DNA of 64,000 nucleotides, filler included, from Sphacelaria rigidula (taxonomy: Eukaryota), in the NCBI GenBank assembly GCA_964200075.2. It is 10 parts of 10 records of this genome, joined end to end, with 100 filler letters (N's around TTAATTAATTAA, not from the genome) between each part and the next. Parts side by side here need not be neighbours in the genome. Positions count along the whole stretch, not along the records: positions 12,825 to 19,136 come from CAXNAA020020849.1; positions 19,237 to 25,547 come from CAXNAA020020850.1; 8 more parts are not named here. One strand, 5' to 3'. Shown here in pieces: positions 12,825 through 25,647 of this stretch (the first letter of the stretch is position 1; the number at the start of each line of letters is the position of its first letter). Under the pieces are notes generated by a model. The model ran no database searches, was not told the DNA's origin, and worked only from the letters and a program-made list of their open reading frames with translations. The position numbers and the translations under genes were made by a program.

Positions 12825-13699
12825 GTTAGGAAGACTGGCATTTTCATAGAGGAGAAACTCTGTGTTCCCCCGTGGCCGTTACATGCGGTCTCAAAAACTA
12901 TGCCGTCCTTCTTTCAAACCTGGCGGGCGGACGGGGAAGCCGCATCTGTTTCTTGCGTTGGATTCCCTAGCAGATGATGGTTACGAAGGTTTGATTTGTG
13001 GTGAGATTGGGCACAAATGGAGTCGGGAATCCGCATTGAAAACTTCGGAACAACTTGAAGGCCACTGATTGGCCGAGAAACATCTTCACCACCAGCGCCA
13101 CAGCAAAGGGCGCAAGAAAAAATCTGGCATCGTCACACTGTTCGCTTGCTTGTGGGGGTCACTGTGATACCAAATATGTTTTATGGGGTCAATGGTGCGT
13201 TCTGTATCTAGTGGGGGATAAATATTGGGCATTAACCCTGAACCTGGATGTGAGCGGGTACCACTCATGAATGGGTCGGAGTTTCATAATCCCCAACTTA
13301 CTACTTACTTCAGCTTTGACGTTTCTTTCTTCTTCTGTTTCCCATCTTGTTGGATTGCGTTTTTTTTCGTTTTCTTCAAGACCTCATCCAAGGGGACCCT
13401 ACCATCAAACTATTTTACTCGGTGAACACACGCGCGGTGTAGCGCTGAAGCATCAAGCGCTACAGCACGAAAGTACAGAGCACCACACCAAAAGACACAC
13501 GACAACATGCAACCAATCATGAACGAAGATGGAGCTATTGGTGACCGCCCCGACAGTGGAGGTTATGAAGTGATTTCGTCCGCCTCGGCGGTCCTTCCGC
13601 CAGCGCGGTGATGGTGGTGCTGCAGCTTTCTTCCACGGTTGTCCCCCGGGGGCGCGGGCGGACAAGGGATGTATGCGCACGGGGAGATGGGGATACCAG

Positions 13700-16600
13700 C
13701 ATACAATTTCCAGACAAGATTCCATCTGCGCTGCGACGCGACGGAAAACGATTCCACACACCAGACAACAGGGGAAAGCAATCCTTCCAACCCCTCCCCG
13801 CCCCCCCTACCCCCCTTCCACGCAAACTAGCTTCAAGAGACAATACCATAGCAGGTGACATACGGAGTACATTACGCAGGGCAAAAGTAAATCCTCAACT
13901 CGGCTCCCTCCGCTCCCCGTCCGCACCCGTCCATTTTGTCGGCCACAAGGTATACCATGGGTGATATACGGACTATACCACCCGGGCGACAAAAAATCCC
14001 AAGGCCGATTTCCTCACAAAGCAAGCCCTCTCCTTCCCCGTCTCCTATGGAAGGCGAAATAAATCCCAGGGTCGACTTCCTGTACGAGAAAACTCCGCCC
14101 CTACTCAGCCCTCATCTACTCAATTTCAGCCTGAAACGAGGCATACTATGAGCAATATACGCAGTACCACACTCAGGGTGGCAAACAAACAAGGTCCGGC
14201 TCGTCAAAGAAAAACTTCTCATTTCCCCATCTGCCGTCTCATGCGCATAATATGCAAGGCCAAACGAAAACACAAGGTCGACTTTCTCAACGAGCAAACG
14301 TTTCCCCTCCCCGTCCCCCACCAACGCAACTTCCACCCTGAACAAAGAATAGTGTGGGCGATATACAACGTTTTCCTGAAATCGAGTGTTGAACGTATGA
14401 GTGAGAGTGAAAAGCGATCACTTGGTGAATAAGCCGTTTCAGTTCCGAAAGGCACCTCCATCAGGCCCAATATTCTCTCTGTAGTAGCTTGCCACTGAGG
14501 CGCTCGATACCCCTGAGTAGGATATCAACGTGTAGCTGTAAGCACATGGCAGTGATGAGGCAAAGGAAAGCACACACGGAATGAAAAAATGGCCAAGTTA
14601 AAGCGAATGATCAAAGCCACCCTCAATCCGCACCTAACTCTCAATCTCACGAAAACCTCGTTATACGCAGTATCCCACCGAGGGCGGCGATCGATCAGCT
14701 GCGATTCCTCCGCCGAATCGTCCTCGATATCCTTTTCCCACATGCCTCCTCATGCGTACACCGCCCAGGGCAACAACAAATCTCAACCTTCACTTTGTCA
14801 ACAAGCAAGCCTCTCTCTCACCGCATCTTTCTGAGAGAATTTCACCTGCCAAGGGGCATACCATACGTAATATACAGAGTACCCCACGTAGAACCAAAAC
14901 AAATCCCAAGCTTGGCTTCCGTTACAATCACGCTCTCTCATCTCTCAGCCCTCCCTTCCATGTGTATTCCAAGCAAGCCACAACAAACTTCAACGTCGAC
15001 TCCCTGTCCACACTCAAGTCCCCTCCCTTCCCCACCCCTGTCGCCACTTCCACGCGTATACCATCAAGGCGACGAGGAATCTCCAGCTTGACTCAACAGA
15101 CCAGCCCTTCCCCCCCCTCACCCCGACTCCAATGGCCCTCCCCCACCACGGCATGTCGATGCCCTCGAAGAAAAATCTCGCCTGCCACCACGCATACAAC
15201 ATCTGATATACGGAGTATACCACGCAGGGCAACAACAAAGCCCGAGCTCGACTCCCTCAACAAGCAAGCCCTTCTTCTCCTTCCTCATCCGCATTTGTCA
15301 TTTCCGCCTGCCGCAGGACATATGACAGGGAGTATCCCACCGAGGGCGACGACCAGCTGCAACTTTGACCTCCCGATCAGCCAGTTGTCTCCCTTTCCCA
15401 CCTGCCCTCTCATGCGTACACTACCCAGGGCGACAGCAAATCCCAGCTCCTTCACTGCCACTTTTTGAGCGAATTCCGCCTGTCAAGGGTTATACCATAC
15501 GTGATACACGGAGTATCCCACGCAGGCCGAAAGTAATTCCGAAGCTTGACTTCCGCTGCAAGCGCGCTCTCCTGTCGTTCCGCCCTCCCTTCCATGCGTA
15601 TACCAACCAAGCCACAACAAACTTCAACGTTGACTCTCTACCCACAAGCAAGTCCTCTCCCTTTCCCGTCCCCTCTCCACTTCCGCGCCTATACCACCGA
15701 GGTGACGACAAACCCTCAGCTCGATTTCCTCAACAGGCCAGCCCTCCCTCACCACGGCCTTTCGACCCCCTGCAATGCATATCTCGTTTGCCACCACACA
15801 TACAACGTCTGATACACGAAGTATACCACCCAGGGCGACAACAAATCCCATGTCCGCCCTTGTCTCCACTTTCACGCGTATACCAACGAGACGAGAAATC
15901 TCCAGCTTAACTTTCTCAACAGTCAAGCCCTTTCCTACCCCCGTCCCGACTCCAACCGCCAGCCCTCCCTCACCACGGCATTTTGACCCCCTCCAATGCA
16001 TATCTCGCCTGCCACCACGCATACAACGTCTGATATACGAAGTATACCACCCATGACAACAAATCCCATGTCCGCCCTCGTCTCCACTTTCACGCGTATA
16101 CCAACGAGACGACAAACCTCCAGCTTGATTTCCTCAACAGTCAAGCCCTTTCCTACCCCCGCCCCAACTCCAACGGCCAGCCCTCTCCCACCACGGCCTT
16201 TCGACCTCCTCCAGTGTAAATCTCGCCTGCCACCACGCATACAACATCTGATATATACCAAGCATAATACCCAGGGCGACAACAAAGCCCGAGCTCGACT
16301 TCCTCAAGAAGCAAGCTCTTCTTCCCCATCCCCACCCCCATCCGCACACGTCATTTTCACCTGCCGCAAGACACATGACAGGTAGTAACCAACCAAGGGC
16401 GATGACCAATCGCAACTTTGACTTCTTCATCAGCCAGCCCTATCCTTTTCCCACCTGCGCTCTCACGCGTACACTACCCAGGGCGACAACAGATGCCGGC
16501 TCCCTTACCTCCCTTCCCGAGCGAATTTCGCCTGCTGCCGAGGATCAAACCAAATGTGATACACGGAGTATCCCACGCAGGCCAAAAGCAAATTCAAATA

Positions 16601-18310
16601 TTGACTTCCATCACAAATACCTTGTCCTCTTTCTCCGCCCTCCTTCCCGTCTCTGTATACAAGCGTGGCGACCTGAAATCACTAGGTCGACCTTCCTAAC
16701 ACGCAATCACCCCTTCCCTATTGCCCTGACTCCAACACGTACGCCACCAGGGCACCAACAATCTCAAGTTCGACTTCGTCAACGAGCCAGTTCTACCCCC
16801 TAGGTCCTCCGGCCTCCCCCGACGCAAATCGCCCCTGCCACGAGGCATATATATTTGGTATACGATATATACCACCCAGGGTGACGATAATTCCCAAGCT
16901 TGAATTCCTCAACAAGCAAGCCCTCCACCCCTTCGGCCCACATTACCATGCGTGTATCACCCAAAGCAAGAACAACCTCCGAGCTCGAGTCCTCCACAAA
17001 CGCGCCTTTTCCTTCCCGCCCCGCCGGCCACACAGGATACCGCAGGTACTATACGAAGTGTCCGACAAAGGTCGACAAAAAACCTCGAACACCACTCCCT
17101 GCACAGACAAGCTCTCCCACTTCCCCGCCTCCACTCCAACGCGAATGCCATCTAGACCGACTACAAGTATCAAGCTCGTCCTTCTCCACAAGCAAGCCCT
17201 TTCCAAGTCGCCTCCACTCCAACGCGCACGCCACGAGGGCCACACCAAACCCTTAGTTCGTCTTCTTCAACGAGCCACCAGCCTCCCTCAGGGCATACAA
17301 CCTCTGAGTCATCCTACGATAGGGGGCGTACTCATTTGTTGCTTGCCTTAGTCGTTTGACCATTGACCACGCATGCCACAAGGCTATACCATAGATGGTA
17401 TGTGTTGCACACCAATTGCAACAAAACGAATTTCCTACCTCGACCCCGTCGTCACAGGCAAATATCCCCCGTCGCCCGCTCCCCTCTCCTGCTTCTACCA
17501 AATTTCGCCGTACACGAGACATACGACACATGACCGACGTACTGTAGTATACCACCCAGCGCGAAAATATTCCGCGAGCTCATCTTTCTCCACAAGCAAG
17601 CCCTCATCCTCCTGTTCTCCGCACCCACATGTCAATTCCCCCCGCCACGAGGCGGACTGAGGATGATATGCGCGGTGTACCACAGGGCAAAACAAGTTCC
17701 TTACCTCGACCCCCTCTCCATAGCAAATTCTTCCACCCTGTTACCCTCCCCTACCACGCGAATTCCGCCTTTCACGAGGTATACCATAGATTTTCGATGT
17801 AATAAATCACCTGGGGCAAAAACATCCACCGAGCTCGACTTACTCCGCAAGAAAGTCGCTATACCCCGCTCCTCGCCCCCATCCGCCAATTCCACCTGCC
17901 ACGAGGTGTACCATAAGTGGCATACGGAGTATACCTCTCAGAACGACAGCAAACCCCAACTTTGACCCCGCTCTCCACAAGCAAGCCTTTTGCCCCAGTT
18001 CTCTGTTCCCTCATACTCCGTCTCCGCCGGTCGCGAGGTATATCTAATTGAAAAGAAATCACGAGCTCGGCTTCTTCCACAGGTCGGTCCTTCCCCCAAC
18101 CCGCCCATCCTATGTGAGTTTCGCCCACCACGAGGTGTACCGAAGTTGACATAAGTCGTTCATCACCCAGAGTGGAAAACATAATTATGCTCGACTCCAT
18201 CCACACGCAAGCCCTTCCTCGGCTCCCGCAGCCCCTTTTCATACTCTAATTCCGCCTGCTACGACGTCCACGTCGGTCATCGAGGGCTACAAGAATCTCC
18301 AACTTCGCTC
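13700..18310. repeat. Degenerate hierarchical C-rich tandem array
   Basis: Recurrent module ATACCACCCAGGGCGACAACAAATCCC..CTCGACTTCCTCAACAAGCAAGCCCT plus an optional module TCGCCTGCCAC..GTGATATACGGAGT; ~220-bp duplications start at 15739, 15960 and 16178; boundaries approximate. Confidence 0.8.
17322..17377 (+). repeat. Variant 5' head of family A inside the tandem array
   Basis: GGGGCGTACTCATTTGTTGCTTGCCTTAGTCG..GACCATTGACCACGCAT; near-identical reverse complement at 44728-44780. Confidence 0.7.
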
Positions 18311-19067
18311 ACCTCTACGTGCAACGTGCCTCACTGCCAAAATATTCCGTTTCAGCCACTGTGTCGGCTCGTTCCCTTATTGGCAGGTCAACAATGGAAG
18401 GGCCAGCTGACACAGTGCTACTCTATCTGCACGACAGCACCTAACTTTTCGTCCGAGCAACATGTCCACGCTCGTGCATGTGTGCATGTTTGCGGTGTGG
18501 TGCGGCAAGGTCAAGTGCCGCTTTTGACAACTCATATGTGGTTGCCACAAAACTAACTGATCCGACACCATCACGCCATCACCTCATCACACCAGCAGAG
18601 CTCGCCACCTTTTCGCCTGCTCCAAATTGTAACTGAAAAACAACACAAATGCACCTATACATATATATATATATATGTATGTATATATATGTCGATGTCG
18701 ATGCATATATAGTTTACGATCAAATGGTTTTCAACGGCTTCTGCTTTCCGGTTTTCTTTTTCACTACCATGTCACAAACTGACTGATAAATTATAGGGCA
18801 TCCACCACCAATCATCTTCATCATCAGAATCCCAGCTCAATCCCAGCTCTTGAACCAACACAAGTAAGACGGTGAATGCCGCAGCTTGTAAAACCGCGCG
18901 CAACCACCTCGGTGGCCAGTACGGCTGCCAGCATCACACCGCACATCGTAGGAGACATACCACTTGATGCGCCATCTCCAGAACCGAGCTAACGTCATCA
19001 ACCAACGACAAGATAGGGCGGCGGGGCGGGGAGGCGATTAGTGTGCTTTGGTATAATATATATACTT

Positions 19068-19136
19068 CAAGGGTCGGACAAATAATGATTCGTCTGAAAA
19101 TTACTTGGTTTTATTATGATGAGTCGACTCGTGACG
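19068..19136. mobile_element. End of a CACGGGTCGGAC-family MITE, truncated by contig end
   Basis: CAAGGGTCGGACAAATAATGATTCGTCTG matches the reverse complement of the right end of 43757-44014. Confidence 0.65.
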
Positions 19137-19236
19137 NNNNNNNNNNNNNNNNNNNNNNNNNNNNNNNNNNNNNNNNNNNNTTAATTAATTAANNNNNNNN
19201 NNNNNNNNNNNNNNNNNNNNNNNNNNNNNNNNNNNN
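19137..19236. other. Artificial contig linker
   Basis: N44-TTAATTAATTAA-N44. Confidence 0.98.
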
Positions 19237-19546
19237 CGAATGCGCCGGCCAATATTTGAAGTTAGACCCTGAAATTTGGTATGGATAATGCATGGGGCAT
19301 AATAAAAAATCGTGAAGAAGCACATTGAGTTTTTGTTTTTTTCACGTGAGTTAAGGGCAATAATCAGTTTTTAGGTTTCAGCAAAACGCCCTTATCTCAC
19401 GAAAACCAAAAAAACTCAATGTGCTTGTTCACGATTTTTTTATTATGCCCCATGCATTATCCATACCAAATTTCAGGGTGTAACTCCAAATATTGGCCGG
19501 CGCATCCGCCTGCAAACGTTCATGCAGCCTCTAGGCTGGCCCAGCT
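19237..19546. mobile_element. Near-perfect long palindrome (foldback MITE), left end cut by contig start
   Basis: GCGCCGGCCAATATTTG..CCCTGAAATTTGGTATGGATAATGCATGGGGCATAATAAAAAATCGTGAA inverted between ~19240-19360 and ~19390-19508. Confidence 0.8.
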
Positions 19547-20755
19547 CGTGTAGTTTACGTAAAATACAGACATGAGAGGGGCTGCTTCAATCCACATAGC
19601 AGCGCCTCTAATCGCACATATTTTCAGGCTTCAACTCCGGCATGTTAGCAACACTACTTGCACCGAACGCACCCCCGTGAACACGCGGGGTTACGGTGCT
19701 GTGCTGCACTCCACTGAACTCTTGGACTCAGCGTAGACGTGCCGGTAGCAGAAGAACCGCATGTGCTGAATTAATCTTTCGTGGGCAGATGCACAAATCA
19801 GCACTTCGTGCGACATGTTTCAGCCGACATCAGACACAGGATTTATATAAAATCTTGATTATTCATGGCTTGTCATGGAACAAAAGCCTGTATCGAACGC
19901 ACCAATGAAACTACTGTGTATCACAGTCCGCGTTCCGCGCCAGGATACTTCATGAAAGCGTTGGGTACAAGAGGCGCGTTAGGTACTTTCGGGATTGACG
20001 GGAAACACTCATGTTTGCACTGCAAAACAGGGCTACAGAATCGCGGAGGATGACACCGCCATCCGGGGCACAACGGTTGCAGACACGAACGGGTGGAGTG
20101 GTTCAACAGCATGAGAGCAGGTCCAATTGGTGTTTTACTTGTACTTCGTAGTTGATTGTGACACTCTGCTTGTTTCGTACAACAGACAACAGTACCGTTT
20201 TGCTCGAAGAAAACTTTGTGCAAATGCGAGCAGGCCTCTCTTGGGAACTCGGCAGTTGTTCCAGGGGAAAATGAGTGCAGCACGACAGTGTTCCAGGATC
20301 ATATGCAAATGTAGCAACTCATGTAGCGCTCTGGGGATGCACAGTACTGATACAGAGCCGGGATGCTACCCCCCGTGCCAGCACGGACTGCATATTACTG
20401 TTGTGCTGTGTTGTACAGATGACGGTATCCGCAAGGAAATGCGGCCGTGTCCACCCCCACGTGAGCGTCATGTTATGCGATGAATGATGAGCCGTCTCCA
20501 ACCATCTGTCGCTCCCACACACCAGTTTTTGTGGGCTGAGCAAGGGAGGAAGCAAACAGTGTAGGGCATGGCAGCAAGAAACAACCACCATCACTCGAGC
20601 ATATACACAAGCTAGCAGGGGGGACCTGCCTTGCATCCGGTTATCCAACTACAATCGCGGAGAAAAGGTTTGCTATTCGAACGAACACCCTCCCCAGCTC
20701 ACAAAATGCACCCCTGTTGAAACGGAAGGATAAAAATATGGTACAGAAAAAGTAC

Positions 20756-20918
20756 CTGGGGCTGCCGGTGCAGCAGGAGCAGCAGCAGGTGTTCCGCCAG
20801 GTGTCCAGGACGCCACCGAGGGGTTAAAAGTGAATTCAGACGCTCCTGGGTTAAGCGCTGCACTACCGCCAGTCTTCTTGGTTTGCTGCATATCAGCGTT
20901 TTCCCAGCTATCGGCCAT
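20756..20918 (-). CDS. First exon of a tandem-PAM2 protein, most likely eukaryotic release factor 3 (eRF3/GSPT/Sup35)
   Basis: MADSWE...ALNPGASEFTFNPSVASWTPGGTPAAAPAAPAAP carries two overlapping PAM2-like motifs as in the eRF3 N-terminus; phase-1 CAG|GTACTT donor; GTPase exons not seen on this contig. Confidence 0.6.
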
Positions 20919-22277
20919 CGTAACCCCTCGTGTGTGTTCGCGGCTGGGAGGTCTAGTGGCTGTGAAATGTGTTGTTCAGCGAGCACTCTAGTGATGCAAC
21001 CGATCGATGCTGACAATACGTGAATACGACCGGGCTCAAACCTCTCAGGTCACGGCCGCAAAGTGATTGCCTGGGCCCCACAGTGCCTGAGCCGCGAAGT
21101 CAGGAGGTAGGTAATTGGCAGCGAGCTTTTGTTCCCGACCCACCACGAGTATCGTCCGGATGATCGCACCTTCGTATATTGACACACAAGCCCTGGTAAT
21201 TGTGTACAAAATCATGATCTAGCAAAACCGCCTCCACGAATTGAGGTTTCGGAACAGCTTATACGGGATATAACACCCTCGATTTTGAAGATTTTCACCG
21301 AGACGTTGTCAAGAAAAACGATCTTGCACTAATATTATGTCCTTTTTTAAAGTTTAATAACTTTTTTCTCAGATATAAAATCTTTTGCACCATTGATACG
21401 GTGAGTTTCGACGAAACTCAACACGAAAACTTTGGATAAATAACCCACGGCAGAAGTGAGCGAGGGGGGTGATATATCCCATCATCCGAGGTAGGTCACT
21501 GTCGATCGATCGGTGTGACCACCACTGCTCGTCAGACGAGGAGTTTGAGGCAACTTGAAGGCATACTAGCTGGATTTTCCGCAGAAGGGAAGAGGATATT
21601 TTGCGCTTGGACAGGTAGTATAGTCCAGCACAGTAAAGCCGGGTGTGTAAAGGTAGCGCTACTTGCAAATAGGCGAGTGTATTGTTTGTCCGGTTTGCGG
21701 TGCTGCACGCCTGTAACGGCTGGTTAAGTGGGGCCAGTGTCAGGTAGCGACACGAGAAATGGAGCTACCTGCGGAGCTGAGCACTGACAATCCTGCCCAT
21801 GCAAGGACGATATACCAGGTATGTATCAGGGTAGTTGCATGTATTTTTGTGTTTGTCCCAAGCGGGATGCATGGCAAGATAAAAATGTTGATGTTGATGT
21901 ACTGGACAGTCCCTGTGTCGATAAATGTAGATATGAGCTGTCGACACTTGCGGACGAAACCCCCGGCAGAGCTGCCTTCGAGGAGAGGTCAATATTTCGA
22001 GTCTTGAGTGTGTGCAGTAATACAGTACAGACAGTCCGTATACTCCATGTGTAGAGCGGGAGCACCCCTGTATTTTGCTCGGGATTTCTATGATTGTTTG
22101 ATATATCCACTGATTATATAATTGCCGACACGTTGAACCCGTCACACGCGCTCCTGGAGCACATTGATTTGTCTACACCGGATTAGACCAGCACCATTAT
22201 AGTAGTAAGCATCAGAAGTTCTCAGAATTCGTAGTTCTTGTAGTTCTTCAGTTTTTTCGAGTATTATTCTTCATTAC

Positions 22278-22830
22278 TGCTTGAAAGTGCTAGCGCCGAT
22301 ACATCTAGGGGAAAGCGTAGGCCGCGCTCAAACTGCAGTGCCCAAGTTGGTGTTTTTGGGGCGATACGGACTAGATACCTCGTTTATCAGGAGGGTGTTA
22401 TTGACCGTTTTTGGTCCAATAAAAACAGTTTTCCGACTCTTCCGCAACGAAACGGTAAATATTCAGATAAATGAATACGTATATAATTCTTCACGATAAC
22501 GATCGAGATCGTGTTTCCCTCCTATACTGCACAGACCTCAGTGAAGCATTTTCTACGGATGGCCTATTTTCGGGGGGTTTTCGCACAACATCTCCTATGA
22601 GCACTCGAAAGTGCTAGCGTCGATAGTTTCGGCAAAATAAGCAGACCGTGCTCAAATCACAATCCCCCAAGTTGGTGTTGTGGGGGCAATACGGAGTAAA
22701 GACCTCGTTTATCGGGAGGGTGTTATTGACCGTGAATGGTCCAAGAAAAATGGTTTTCCGGCTTTAGCGCAGTGAATAGGTGGAATTAAAAAAAAATAAT
22801 CAGTTTTGACTCTTCACTCATATAATAGGG
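22278..22830 (+). repeat. Diverged direct repeat (period ~324 bp) of an interspersed element
   Basis: GAAAGTGCTAGCG...CCCAAGTTGGTGTT...ACCTCGTTTATC(A/G)GGAGGGTGTTATTGACCG twice; third copy on the minus strand at ~30040-30140. Confidence 0.7.
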
Positions 22831-23289
22831 ATCGAGTGGGTCCACCCAAAATACCGGAAAGCTGAAGCCTGGGGCTGTACTTTCCCAGGACCCCCGAAGA
22901 TCGGTCAAGCTTTGAATCACTCTAAATTGATCGCCGATATTGTTTCTTTCAATATTTGTCAAGAGGATAAAAATATCTCCTCATGCCCATTTTTTGGCAT
23001 CCAACAGTCACTGTGATGAGCGGTGGCAAGCGAAACAAATTTAGAAAATCTTTGAGAAACCAAGAAATCACGAATTCTGCATACTTGTGACGCTGACTAC
23101 TGTATTGATAGTAGCATCGCCGCATTTTACTCGCTTCGGGGCGAATACATCTGCAGGTGCAGTCATCGTATCGCCACGATGCCTCTCTGCCATGAGACGC
23201 TGCTCTCTTGTAGCGTCAAGTCAATCCGTAGCCCCATTCTTTGCGTGTGGAAGCTCACGACACAATGGCAATACGAAATGATGCACATA

Positions 23290-25087
23290 GGTTGCCCCAG
23301 TGGCTCAGTTGGTAACCTCGAAACCTTCTCACGGTTGGGTCGTGGGTCCGAATCTCGGAGCGATCCGGGATTTTTCTCACACCATGCCCAACAGTGGAGA
23401 GCGACGATGTCGTGGGTACACAAAATTCGACTTAACCGTCGACGAGGAAAAAGGACTACTGAACCCCTTCACAGGCACCGTAGGTAAGGCAGGTACCCGG
23501 TACCGGTAGTTAGGACATATCTAGCCTACCGATGACGGTCCAATCGGGTATTTTCATTTGTCATACCTACGATACCCACAATACCACGGTATCAATACCT
23601 ATCGTATCCGCTCGATCGGGGTATTTTAAAAACTCTTACCTACGATACCACGGCATGGGATACTCCGGTAAATACCGGACGCGATACACTCCCCACGATG
23701 CACCAGCTGGTCCCAAGTTACGCGAAGGCCAGAAGTTGTCGGAGCGGGTACGTCTTGTTTAACGAGTAATACACACCTAGATTCTCCCTGATTTTCGTGT
23801 TCGAATCAATTCGAACGAAGATAGTATTATGTAGTCTGAGGTGTGGTCGATTTTTTTCCCCTCGATCTGATAGGTCCACCATATTTCTGTTCTTAGGAGG
23901 CTTCGACTCAAATTCGTAATCAGTGGCGCGCGGAGAAGAACTGAAAAAAATGAAGCTCAGCTTTTTCGATCGAAAACATGCGGTCGAAAGGCACGGAGCG
24001 GCACTTGACTACTATCTTACAGACCACCGCGTCAGATAACACCCGTTCACAGAACCATGCTAACTCCATCCAACTCATTCTCAGCTACCGTCGCAACCCT
24101 GCAGCATCGAGTACGAGTTGAGATCAGGGATAGATACTGTACACTGCAATAGTTGGGTATGCTTTTTTTGGCGAAAACTTGCCCATCTTTCATGGTAGGA
24201 TCAGCGACGAAACTGCGTGGTACGGTGGGCAACCGAGTTTCGTACACGCTCATGGACAGTGCAGGCAGCACAAACCTACACGTGGTTGAAGTCATTTTCA
24301 CGTCGCATTGTGAGCAGAAAGAACTAATGATAGTCCTGGGCTGTCTGAACTGCGCATTGCCCGCTTCTCTTTAAAATCCTAATATACGAAACACACGCAC
24401 AGGCGAACTCAAGACACACTGCTTGCACGTAGTGCAGACAGTACAGACTGTCTGTACTGTACCCGAGTGACCATGTACCGTTTCACGAATTTCACCGTAT
24501 TTTTTCAATCGAAAGCTTGAATATTCGCTTGGACCCAACTCGACAAAAATGAGCATTTCCGCTCAAATCAGTTCCACCGCCGCATTTTTTCGGTCGAAAA
24601 AAAAGTGGTGCGACACGCCCTGAAACGACTCTCCGCGCTACCGGATGATAGTTTTGAGATCAGTACAGAGGGTAAGACAGGTCCCCGGTAATGGTATTTG
24701 GGACATCTCATACCCTACCGATACCTACGATACCACGGTATTTTGATATACCAGTACCTACCGTACCTGCCCAATCGGGTATTTTCAAAACTCATACCCA
24801 CGATACCCACGCATACCACGGTATGAGATACCCCGGTAAATACCGGGGGTACGCTCGGCACGGTGCCTCACCTACGGTTCCCGTGAAGCCCTCTCGCGAT
24901 ATAAAATAAAAGGCAAGCACCGCAGGAGGAAAGTGGAGAATTAAAGCAACTAAAGAAGAAAAAACTCCTGTGCTGGCCCTCCTCTGTGTGACCTCGACTG
25001 GTGCGCCCACATACACCGAAAGGCGTACACCGGTGTCCAGAATAGATGGGATGACAACACACACGCGCACACACACACACACACACG
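23290..25087 (+). mobile_element. tRNA-derived SINE (~0.37 kb; 23290-23469 plus 24886-25087) interrupted by a 1.4-kb insertion, (CA)n tail
   Basis: A box TGGCTCAGTTGG, B box GGTCCGAATC; head and first part of the body collinear with 51292-51502; resumes as CTCTCGCGAT..AAAGGCAAGCACC; ends in an (AC)n run. Confidence 0.75.
23470..24885. mobile_element. 1416-bp TIR element with CAC...GTG ends and 8-bp TSD, made of two direct ATACC-rich units around internal DNA
   Basis: TIR CACAGGCACCGTAGGTAAGGCA vs CACGGGAACCGTAGGTGAGGCA; flanks AACCCCTT and AAGCCCTC; empty site AACCCCTC in the second SINE copy. Confidence 0.75.
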
Positions 25088-25547
25088 CCTAGGAGGGTGG
25101 GCGCGTTTGTGCCACTTCAGCCCGGGGTTGCGTCCTCCCAATCGCACACGATAACCGCCTAGTCATTTGTGGAGTTGGGGTTGGGAGTCGGGTTTTGCGC
25201 TTTTCCTCTGTGGAATAGGACATCATGGAACGTAAAATTGTCGCGATTACAACGTGGTCGCAGGTCAAAGAAGCAATCGGCCCAGGACGTCGAAGTCGAC
25301 CATACCCTCCCCACACTACATAGAGCACACTCTGGACAACGGACACAATGATCGTCCATTGCTTCAGTAATAGACGCGGGAAAAAAACTGTCGATATATA
25401 TTGTCGAACACAACAGATGGTGAAACACATCTGTTGATATGTATTGCAAGAGACAATCAATGTTGCAAGGGTCGATCAATAGTCTTGACCCTTTAGGAAC
25501 CCTCCCGTCCCGTCCCCGGGCCAGACGCCTCATTATGAGAAGCCCTG

Positions 25548-25647
25548 NNNNNNNNNNNNNNNNNNNNNNNNNNNNNNNNNNNNNNNNNNNNTTAATTAAT
25601 TAANNNNNNNNNNNNNNNNNNNNNNNNNNNNNNNNNNNNNNNNNNNN
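25548..25647. other. Artificial contig linker
   Basis: N44-TTAATTAATTAA-N44. Confidence 0.98.

Noticed and set aside
14752..17351. Pro/Ser/Thr-rich ORFs as mucin- or extensin-like genes
   Set aside because: They arise from the C-rich tandem array; frames shift between units and no splice structure is evident.
21265..21480. GGGATATA(A/T)CACCC inverted pair as a MITE
   Set aside because: Short imperfect TIR with no matching TSD or second copy; possible but unsupported.
23290..23370. Functional tRNA gene
   Set aside because: A/B boxes are present but there is no cloverleaf, and homology with 51292-51502 extends well past the tRNA part, so it is a SINE.
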